In this document: positions 26,385 to 36,805 of the stretch, piece after piece
Layout: each line of letters starts with the position of its first letter
Numbering within the stretch: position 1 is the stretch's first letter
Assembly: GCA_030265395.1 (NCBI GenBank)
Contig: JARFYF010000064.1
Location: forward strand, 4,735,286 to 4,799,285
Direction of reading: 5' to 3'
Length of the DNA: 64,000 bases
Source: Rhina ancylostomus
Lineage: Eukaryota
Program-made: the position numbers and the translations under genes
The notes under the pieces: model-generated
Databases searched by the model: none
Seen by the model: the letters and a program-made list of their open reading frames with translations, nothing else
What the model was told of the DNA's origin: nothing

Positions 26385-26950
26385 ATGCAGTCCCTTGTAT
26401 GCTGTGTTACTCATAGCTGATCCTGTATATCAAGTATATTATCTTACCCAATTCCCATATTCCTTGACTTCTTGGTATCGAAAAATCTGTCAGTTTTGGC
26501 CTTGGATGTATTCAACAACTGAGAATCCATGGATTTTTGGGATAGTGTTAGAGATTTACTGCCCTTAAAATAAAGAATTTTCTCATCTCTGTTTTTGTGC
26601 TGACCCTGGTTCTAAATTCTCAAGCCTGAGAAAATGGCCCATTGACATCTACCATGTCATTCCCTTTAAGAATCTTGAATACTTTCATGAGATTACCTCA
26701 TTTTCTAAACCCCATTAAGTAATGGATAGTCCTACTTGATCTTTCTTCATTGGGCAATACCCCAAACCCAGTCATCATTCTAGTGAATCTGTTATGCGGA
26801 GACCAAAACTGCACGCGTTTGCTACAAAAACAAAGGATAAATGTGAAATGACTTTCTAATTCTGGTACGCCCACTGCCTTGCAATAAAGGTCAAATACTA
26901 TTTGTCTTTCTAATTGCTTGCTGTACTTGCATATTTACTTTCTACATCTC
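26385..26950 (-). mobile_element. Decayed CR1 3' fragment
   Basis: Reverse CR1 ORF2 end ('aagaattttctcatctc', 'ggagaccaaaactgcac', 'cttgcaataaagg.caa'). Confidence 0.65.
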
Positions 26951-27590
26951 ATGAGCTTTTAAAAGTAGTAGTGAAATGCATGTTATTCTGGCATTTCTGT
27001 CTCTTTAATATTTCTGCTAATTGTTGTGTAAATATTTCTTCGTAAATATCAGTTCAAATGTATATTATGAACACATATCAGCAGTTTTGAACATGCTATG
27101 AATATTTTCACTTTTGTTATTTTTGATGCAATTTCTCCCAAGTGTTTCCCATGGTAGAAGCTGTTAACAGTACTTTGCCATTTTTATATTATTCTTTTTG
27201 ATTTTGATGTTGGCAAGTTGAACTTAATGATTTTCAAAAAATAAAAATAATTCAAAAATAAAAACAGAAATGCTCTAAATGTGCAACAGGTCTGTCAACA
27301 AAGACATTATGAAAGATATACACCAAAGCATTTTATCTTTATAGGTGTCCATCAGTTTATTTCTAAGATTTTCATTATGTGATCTCTGGAAACTAGTAGG
27401 CTTTTTGAAATTTCATTTGTTTCTTGATATCCTCATTTATTTATTGATAAAAACTAACATTTAATGCTTTGTTTGAATCATTTCGCAGGTCAGATTTATA
27501 CCATCAGAGCCTTCGCTAGTATATTGCAAAATGTTGTGGTACTCAGAAAAATCCTGAAGTTTAGTAATGTAACAGCAGATAGAATAGCTT

Positions 27591-27800
27591 AAGAAATGCA
27601 CACAAAATGCTAGAAGAACTCAGCAGGTCAGGCAGCATCAATGGAGGGAATAAATGATTCATGAATCCTGATGAAGGGTCTCAACCCGAAACATCGATTG
27701 TTCATTTCCCTCCATAGATGCTGTCTGACCTGCTGAGTTCTTCCAGCATTTTGTGTGCATTGCTCCAGATTTCCAGCATCTACATTCTCTCTTGTGGCTT
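27591..27800. mobile_element. Fold-back Penelope-derived element
   Basis: ~60-bp inverted arms 27595-27657 / 27702-27761; TSD-like CAGATAGAATAGCTT 27576-27590 vs CAGATAGGCTAGCTT 27801-27815. Confidence 0.85.
27664..27699 (+). ncRNA. Minimal type I hammerhead ribozyme motif
   Basis: AATC-CTGATGA-A-GGGT(CTCA)ACCC-GAAAC-ATC-GATT: stem I AATC/GATT, intact core, 4-bp stem II, AUC triplet, loopless stem III with a C-A mismatch. Confidence 0.7.
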
Positions 27801-27964
27801 CAGATAGGCTAGCTTTATGTTTAACACATTTAAAAGCGTTTAATTATGTGAACTGCATTTAAAAGTTAATTAAAATTCTTTCATTACTAATTGATTAGTG
27901 TTTTGATTATTCCCCTTGATTTTTGAAAACTTCAGTTTAATTGAAGTATATTGTCAGAATCCAA

Positions 27965-28280
27965 CACAGGAACACAAAAAAATTAAGAGCAGATGCAGGC
28001 CATCAGACCCTTCTTGGCTGCCCTGCCATTTAATACGATCATGGCTGATCTACGCTGGCCTTACCTCTTCTGTTCTATTTCTCCATACCCCTCTGTTCCT
28101 CGATCTTTCAAATATTTATCCACCTCGACCTTAAATACTTCTGAAGATCTAGCTTCCACCACCCCCAGCAGGAGGGAGAATTCGAGAGGTTCATCAATCT
28201 ATGTGAGAAGAAATTTATAAGTATCTCAGTTTTAAATAACTGGCACCTTGCTTGAGACTCTTCCACTTGTGAAAACAAGA
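27965..28280 (-). mobile_element. CR1/HER1 LINE 3' end
   Basis: Reverse tail 'aggccatcagaccctt...ctgccatttaatacgatcatggctgatct'. Confidence 0.75.
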
Positions 28281-28639
28281 CTTTTGGGATGTTGGCTGAA
28301 ATTGTGATGGGTGAATTAACGATAGTTGAGTCTTTCCATGTTAGTTGAAGCTTTATTTGGTAAATATCTTGTCAAATTTAGTACCTCTTTAGGCCATCAG
28401 TGTTAATGCTTCAAGTAAAAACACACTTAAAAAGAATGAAACAAAATAAAAATGTTAGTTAAGACAAAGCCCAATTACTGTAACCTTGTATTAATAACAA
28501 GAAAGGAAATAACGTATAGAATTTGGAGTGAAAAGGAAAAAGAAATTACATTTATGAAACTCGTTTCACACACTGGTTTGTCACAGTTGTAATGAAACTA
28601 TAGTCAATCTGTGCATAACAAGCTCCTATAAACCAGTAT

Positions 28640-28910
28640 TGTGATAATGACCAGATTTTGATTTGTAATTTTGAGTGGGTTTTGCCTTTTTGCAAAATGG
28701 TGTCATGGAATCTTTTATGCCATTTGAAAGTGCAGATGGAATCTCCATTTAACATCTCTTCTCATCCAAAAGACAGCAGCTCCAATATTGCAGAACTTGT
28801 CAGTGTAGCATTGGAACAGGAGTCTGATTTATTGTGGGCAAGTCTGGAGTGGGATTGAACCCATTGCCTCTGTTGGAGTGAGAGTGCTATCAACTGATCC
28901 ACAACTGACA
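28640..28910 (-). mobile_element. SacSINE1/Deu-SINE-like element
   Basis: Reverse Deu domain ('gtcatggaatcttttatg.c...tttaacatctc..atccaaaagacagca') and tRNA head ('ggagtggga.ttgaaccc...agagtgcta.caactga.ccac'). Confidence 0.7.
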
Positions 28911-31900
28911 GTGAGAAGTACATCAAGCTTCACTGGCATATTTATATTGTTGAAATGCCATCTGCTGCAGCAGAATAGATTTGTCCTGGGGCAGCCCTTG
29001 TTGGTGTGGCCTGTCAGAAGTTCAGCAATTTTTTTCTTCCAACTGTGATCATTCATCACTAGGGGCCTGTCATAATTAAAACCAGTTCTGGAGACTGTTT
29101 TCAACCAAATGGAGCTGGTATTTAAAACAAGTTATATTTCTAAAATAGAGGGTAGAACTTGGAAGGGAAAATAATGTTTAAGAACAAATCAATGGTATTA
29201 AGATAGAATGGAAAATAACATTAGAAAAGCTAGTTTAAAAACAGTTGAGAGAATGGAAGGAGTGGATGAGCAGAATACATTAATAGCATCCAGCCCTCTT
29301 AAAAAAAAATCATTTCATTGAGATCACCTCTTAATCTTTGAAACACTCCAAACATAGGCCATTCTACTCAATCTTTCCTCAAAGGACAGCCCTCTTGTTC
29401 CAGACATTGATTCAGTGAATGTCTCACTGCAGCCCCATTTTAAGCACTTAATTCCTTCCTTGGGTAAGGAGACTCAAAATTGTTCAAGTTACTCCAGGTG
29501 TGATCTCATCAGTACTGTATAATTGAAACAGGGCTTTAATATGCCAATGAAAGCTAACATTCCATTTGCCTTTGGAGTTGCTTTTGAGGTCTTGATGCTA
29601 GCTTTCTGTGATTCCTGAATTCATCCAAAACAATACTGCTTCTCTACTTATGAAGGTAGGTAGTTCACATTTTCCTCCATTTATAGACCTTTCCCTGTCA
29701 CTTAACTGGTCAATTCTCCTTAGCTGCCTCTTTGCCATCTGTTTATACTTAGTTTCTCAAACACCGTTTATTGATACAAATTTAGATACACTTTATGCAA
29801 TGCATTTTTGGTGTATTTGCAGAAATTTCCTGATGACTTTTGGGGTCCATTTTTAATATCAAAAACCAGATTAAAATGAAGTAAAATAGAACAAAATGCT
29901 AAAGAGAAAAGCTTTATTACATATTATACATTATAAGGGCTTTTCTTGTATTTGTAAAAATGTGTATGGATCAATGTAATTTGGTCAAGCTCTTCCTCCA
30001 AGCTAGCTGTGAAGGAAATGACCTTGCATCTGGGCTTCAGCCCCCAGACCCTTGCCTTCAGGCTGTCCTCCAGTTCATGCTCCATGATTAGGGGACAGAT
30101 GAACACGTTCAGATGCAAAGGTCTTGAAACTCTCTTGCTTTGAGTTAAGGATTGGGGGGGGTGGGGGGCACATTCTGTATCCCAAGCTATCTCCTGCTCC
30201 CAGCTGTGGCCTCACATTTGGGTTCTAATTAAATTTTCTAATAAATTGCCAGGTTTATAATTGCATTCCTTTTTTATTGATTTACACCCACTTTTAAATG
30301 CATTTTAATATAACTAGATATCACTAATGTAATTGTACAAAATGAATAGGAGGGACAGATGTAAATTAGATTAAAGAAGGTAAATTGCATTTTGTGTCGC
30401 AAAATTTCACCAGAACTAGATATCTGACATTCTGCTCACTTCAAAGTCACTGCTGCACACTGTAAAAAGCTCAACACATTCTTGCAGTACCTTACTAGTT
30501 ACTCCTTGTCATCCTACAAATAACTTGCTTATTCCTCTTTTTCTATCAGGTCAATAATAAATCCATATTATCATATTACTCCCAGTCCTATGAGCTGCCA
30601 TCTTGTTGACAACTTCCTGTGTGAGACCTTTTCAAATTTCTTCTGCAAATCCAAATATACTCATTGGATTTCTCTTTGCCTTAGAAATTGCAATTTTTTT
30701 CAATTTCAACTGATAAGCCCAATTGCTGACATTCAATTTCTTTAGCATTAATATGAGAATGAATATAAATCTTACATGCAGGTATCACGAAAAGTAGAGT
30801 TTGGTAATTTTTATTATTAAATTCCTTGAATTTTTGTTTAGAAGGGTGAATTAATTTTAGAAGCATTAATTTCTTCCATATTCAGATGCAAATCTTAAAT
30901 TTTTCCCATCATCAAACAAAATATAGGTCCAAGAGTGCCCCAATTGTATCAGATGCTACATGCTCTACTGACATCTTGGATATGCACCTTTAGAACTATT
31001 ATCTGGCAGGGGAAAAAAAAACTGAATGCCACGCAGTTTTTTAATTTCCAAGGGTGTTTTGATTCACTGTTGGGTACTGTAGTGAGGACTATTTTTACAT
31101 GATAGTAAATGGGAATATTGGGTCAGTAATCAGCCATGCTCCTGCCATTGAGTGAGAAGTGGTTAATCTGTGTCTTGTCATTATGTACAATAATAGATCT
31201 ACTCTTTCCTATATCCCTTGTACCCTTCAGTTGTCAAAAATAAACTACTGTTGTATTTAAATGCAATAATTAATTTTGCATTACATTTTATATACAGAAG
31301 TGTTTTTAAACATTACTCCTGAAGAGCCCAGCTTCAATTTCTAAATTATGCTCCCTGGTTTTAATTTCCAGTGACTGGGGGGTCTAGTTTCCATCTACCC
31401 TATTAGTTTTCCTTTATGTCTTGTAAAACGTTAATCAAATTATCCGTTAACTTTCAGAATTCCAGTTGTTTATATAATTTAACCCTTTTATTTCCCTGCT
31501 TGTCTTAAATAAAGTGTTTACCAAAACTTGCTTCCACGGCCACGGGTTGTGTTGGAGGTAGGGGGGTAATGTTTTAAATCAGCAGGAGAAGAAATTTGAT
31601 TGCCTTATTTATGAAGCGGGGAAGGGGAATTGGAATTTTTATAGATCTTGGAATTAAATGTTTTGACATGAAATTTCAAGAAGCTATTTTACATCATCCA
31701 TGTGGCAAGTAGTCAATCGTGGTATAGTATATGGTTGTGCTGTTATCCTGGCTAAGCCAAAGTAGAATAAGGCATGATAACAATCTGTTTTGCAAAATAA
31801 TAGAGCAAAACGCTGCAGAATGTGTCTGAAGAAATAGATGTTTGTTGTTGTGACAACTGGTTTAGAAAGCATGTCAAAACCAATTGTAACTTGTTAGAAA

Positions 31901-32149
31901 TTCAGCTGACTGTGTCACTCTGGGGAGATAAAAATAGTTTCTCATTGGTGTTAAAACATTACTGAATATTCCAGCAGAATAAGAATATCATGTGTTTATT
32001 TGGCTCCAAATCATAGCCATTTGTAGTTGTCGTATCTTCCACTTTCGTTGACCTTTCTACCCATCTTCTTGACTTCTACCTCTGTTCCAGACTGTAACAG
32101 TTCAATATTCTGTAGGGCTTTTCTCACTGGGGGGGAGGAGGAGGAGGAG

Positions 32150-32405
32150 GATGAGGGGAGACATGATAGAGGTATATAAAATGTTGAGAGGGATAGATAG
32201 AGTAGACAGCCAGCGCCTCTTTCCCAGGGCACCAATGCTCAAGNNNNNNNNNNNNNNNNNNNNNNNNNNNNNNNNNNNNNNNNNNNNNNNNNNNNNNNNN
32301 NNNNNNNNNNNNNNNNNNNNNNNNNNNNNNNNNNNNNNNNNNNTGATGGGCGGCACAACACAGTGGGCCGAAGGGCCTGTATTGTGCTGTATTGTTCTAT
32401 GGTTC
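32150..32405 (+). mobile_element. CR1/HER1 LINE 3' end
   Basis: MRGDMIEVYKMLRGIDRVDSQRLFP; tail 'gtgggccgaagggcctgta.tgtgctgta.tgttctatg'. Confidence 0.88.
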
Positions 32406-34149
32406 ATCATTTGCTCATCTGCAAATTAGACTCTCGGGTAATCGTGGTATGCGGAAACATGGCAGACAGGTAGTAACTGTACTTCAATCTTGTAGGAGCC
32501 TTCCTATATGACTGTGTTTATTGCTGCCTGCCATGCCTCGATTGCTAAGGTGCTTGTGTATCCTCTATCTTCAGTTCATATTATAGCTTTTCAGTTTACT
32601 TCTGGCACCTCTGTGCCTTCAAGCATATTGTCCTTTTTCAGCTATCATACTTTCAGTTTAATTAAAAATTCTTCTCAAATCCAATGCCAGCTTCCACATC
32701 AAAATGGCTTTTTTAAATTCTTGGCTGTGCATTTAGCAATTCTTTATTCACAGGCTGGGGAAGGGAGGATGCTTTTGATAGGGTAAACCCAGTTTGACCA
32801 TGGGGATAAGCTGTAAACTGTAATTTGGTCAATGAGTGAATGAGAGCAGTCAGAGAAACAGAATTTAGACACAAGAGTGTAGAAGTTGTGACATGCAGAG
32901 CAGGAAGACGTGCCTGACAGGCCACGTCTATTTTCTTTTTATCTGTCATCTCACTTTCTAACTGCTGACCTGCTGAGTATTTTCAGCAGTTTCTATTTTT
33001 ATTTTAGATTTCCAGTATCTTCATTTTTTGAATTTTCATTTGCTTTCGATAGCTATTTTAAATAGTCATAATTTTACTCTATCCAGGAGGATAGATCCAG
33101 GAGGAAAGCTTGAGGTTCATTAATTCCAGTGAAGTATTTAAAAAAAAATCTGTTCATCAGCTAGAACTAACTTGCTGAAAGAAGCTCTTCTATATTCCTA
33201 TTTAGGAACAATGTGTATTCCTGGGAAAGGTACAGGGGAGAGGCTGGTGGAATGGAATTATATGATTTCAGTTTCATTTACAAATGAGAAATGATCAAAG
33301 CATTTACTATGTTGCTTTATCTGTGTTATGCTTTGTGCTGTTAATTTCCTCCAAATTTTGCTAATGGATTGATGTCTTTGGGAACATAAAATATTATTTT
33401 GTTTTATTGCATAAAGTAATGATGAACCACATCCATCAAATAATCCAAATGATTCTTCCAAACATATTTTTAAAAACATATTGGCTATCTGGCAAATACA
33501 GCAACTAATTTGCATGATAAGCTCCTCAAACAGCTGAGATAAATAACCGGTTAATGTAATTTTGTGATGTTGGGATACTGGGAGAACTTGCTGCTCCTGT
33601 TTTGAATAATACCAAGAGAAGCTTTGTATTCAGCTGAACAAACAGACGTAGCTACGTAATCTTGTATACATGGCAAAGAATTTCCTGGAATTACCACACA
33701 GAAATAGTGCCCTTGGTGCAATGAGTCTGTATCGGCATTTGTTCTTCACACAAGCAACTAGTCCCATCTGTATTTACTTTACTTTTGCAATATCCATTCA
33801 TTTTTTTAGAAAAATAACCTGTCCAAAGAGCTGAATTTCCAGAGGTGAAGAGAGATTGTTTGCCTTTCACATCAAGGCAGTATTTGACTAAGCAAAACAT
33901 GGAAACATTTAAAACAAAAACTGAGCATTTAGCCTTTGGGCCTACTCCAATATTCAGCATGATCATGGTTAGTTATCCACTTCACTGTCCTGTTTCTGCC
34001 TTCTCCCCATATTCTTTGATCCCTTTGGCATTAGAATATATATCTAATTCTTGAATATATTTAAGGACTTGGCCTCTACTGTCTTCTGAGGTAGAGAATA
34101 TTATAGTTTTACCTTCTAAATGAAGAAATTTCTCCTGGTCTTATGACAT

Positions 34150-34830
34150 CAAGGAACCCTGGCAAATTTGAAGTTGATGGCCATCAAGGGATGAACAGAA
34201 TGATTGAAGTTGTTCCTTGCACAAAATAAAATAGTTACTGGAAATCAATTATCCCAGCCCTAGGACACCTCTGCAGGAGTTCCTCAGTGCAGTGTCCCAG
34301 TCATCTTGTCATCCCAAAGGCCTTCCACCATCTACAAGTTAGGAGTATGATGGAATACTCTTCATTTGCCTGGATGAGTTCAACTTCTCTGAGGAAAGTC
34401 AACACAATCTAGGGAAAAAACAGTCTGTTTGGCACTCCATCAACGTTCATTCCCTCCATCATCAGTGTACAGAGGCTGCAGCTTATACCAGCTACAAAGT
34501 TCCCTGCTGTTACTTTCCTAGATCACTCTGACAGCACCTCCCAAACCCTTGATCTATGCCACCAAGAAGGATGAGAGGAACAGGTCCATGGGAACGACAC
34601 CACCGGCAGGTTTCCCTCCAAGTCGCACTCCATCTTGACTCAGAAATATCGATGGTCCTTCATCATCACTGGGTTTAAATCTCGGACTCTCAATGTAACA
34701 CCGCTCTGGGAGTACTTTCATTTGAAGGATTGCTGTGGTTCTAGAAAGCAGCCCACCATCACCTCTGGGATAATTGTAGATGGGCAATAATGCTTAGATC
34801 TCCAAAAAATGAATAAATTTAAAGAAAAGT
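34150..34830 (+). mobile_element. Decayed 3' half of a second abundant chondrichthyan CR1/Jockey-group LINE
   Basis: AGVPQ(C)SVP motif, then the family 3' region 'cattccctccatcatc...acagcacctcccaaaccc...tgggaacgacaccacc.gcaggtt.ccctccaagtc...gatgggcaataa'. Related pieces at ~41490-41910, 51800-52900 (-), 55560-56330. Confidence 0.7.
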
Positions 34831-36404
34831 TTATGCCTCAACCATTAACCCTGTAAGCAAATTTTATAGGGATATGGGGTGAAACCAAGAAGTGGGTCCT
34901 GAATTTGAGTGATCAGCCATGATCATATTGAATGGCAGAGCAGGCTCAAAGAGCCAAATGAATTACTACTACTACTTCTACTAACAATTTCTGTTTCTGT
35001 GGTGCTTGCCTAATCTGCATTGCATTCAGAATTAATAGAATCATTGAAAATTTGTTCCATAGCTCTTGGTTCACTTGTGAATTAATTTGCTCCTTAACAG
35101 ATTAACTCCTTAACATTCTGCCTGGACCTGTTGTATATTCCCAGCATCTTCTGTTTTTATTTAATTTACAGTATAATGTTTTGCTTTTCAAACATGTATT
35201 TAAATATGGCTTTATTTATTTAACATCTAGAGGTAATAAGCTACATTGTTTGGAGAAGCATTATTTTCAAATAAGACATGCGCCGCAGCACTAGCTCCAT
35301 AATATATAACATGGAATGGATTGAACTTTACAACAGGCAGTCTTCAAAGGCTAGGGTGTAGTTCCTTGATTTTTGTTTTGTTTTCATCCTTCACTTACTG
35401 CTATCTCTGCATTCTCATGTCCTTTCCCTACACATTATTGCCAGAATGTGTGCAAAAGAGCGAGAGGCAGACAGATTTTTTCAGTCCTCTAACCACAAGT
35501 TTTTAAGTCCTCTAACCACAAGTGCTGCTGGTGAACCAGTTTCACTCCTAGGCACTGCAAGTCAGTCTCAACTTTAACCATTGATGTGTGTCTACTTTTT
35601 GTTCTCCAAGAATGACTGTAGGCTTAGTTCTGATCTTTCTCATTGCTAGGCTGTGAAAGAAAATAAGCTTATAATCGGAGGTTCTCACAATTAATTTACC
35701 AGACATTCAAACATAACAAAACTTTCCTCCAGAACTCTGGGCAGCAGTTTCCACGTGCCTTCTGCATCTTCATCCTAATCTTGTTTCCTAGGGTCACTTT
35801 TTTCAGTTATCTTTAATATTTGGTAATTTGTATTTTGTTACTTCTGTTGGCCTCTGGGCTGCTCCATGTTAGCATAAAATGTGCATTGTTTTTATATTTT
35901 CAAGTTTATATTTTTTAGTTTTCTTTGTGTGTTTTTGCTGAGAATAAAGCAGTTGCATTTATGGAGTTGTGGGACAAGAGCTTGTATTTAAACACTCAAT
36001 GCATCGTGTTACTGCTATTTTATGCACTATATTGTTTGCAATTTCTTGGTATTAATGGCTGTAGTCTGCTAGTTAGTGTGTTTTGCAACTCTGATTCAGT
36101 TGTTGCAGTCTTACAAATTCAAATATTGGCTGGGAGAATCCAAGCATGTTTGTTCCCCTAAAGTTTGGAGAGTGCTGGAGGGCATGAACAAAATATTTTT
36201 AGTATATAGTGGAGTCATGGTTCTTGTGAAAAAATAATGTATGTATGAATGAATATCTTTTTGGGAAATAAGTTGTACGCTAATTGCTCATGTAAAGTCC
36301 CATGCAAAATAATCTGTGAAAGTGCACGTTTGCTGTGGACTAAATCATTGATAGAGTAATTGGTTATGTATTGAAATTTACGGGTGTGAATATAATTGAA
36401 TAGC

Positions 36405-36805
36405 AAAAAACTGAATTCTAGAAATCTGAAATAAAGACAAGATATCTTTATTGGTCACATGTACATCGAAACACGGTGAAATGCATCTTTACATAGTGTT
36501 CTGGGGGCAGCCCGCAAGTGTCACCATGCTTCCAGCACTAGCACAGTATGCCCACAACTCCCTAACCCGTACGTCTTTGGAATGTGGGAGGAAGCCAGAG
36601 CACCCAGAGGAAACCCACGCAGACATGGGGAGAATGTACAAACTCCTTACAGACAGCAGTCGGAATTGAACCCGGGTCTCTGGAGTTGTAATAGCATTAC
36701 GTTAACCAGTACACTACTGTGCCTGAAGTACTTAACAGGCTCTGCGGCAACTGTGGAGAGAGAAAGAGTTAATATTTCAGGTCAAGAACCTTTCATCAGA
36801 GCTGA
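36405..36805. mobile_element. Older Penelope-derived element split by a SINE; antisense hammerhead motif at 36766-36804
   Basis: 'gaaatctgaaataaagaca' left of the SINE, 'tacttaacagg.tc..ggca.ctgtggagagagaaa' right. Minus strand reads AGCT-CTGATGA-A-AGGT(TCTTG)ACCT-GAAAT-ATT-AACT. Confidence 0.7.
36441..36723 (-). mobile_element. Full-length tRNA-derived V-SINE with Rex-like 3' tail
   Basis: Minus strand starts GGCACAGTAGTGTACTGGTTAAC..GACCCGGGTTCAATTCCG (A/B boxes), V-domain, ends 'gatgtacatgtgaccaataaagatat'. Confidence 0.88.

Noticed and set aside
36650-36723. tRNA-like sequences here and at 1146-1205
   Set aside because: They are SINE heads continuous with V-domain bodies, not tRNA genes.
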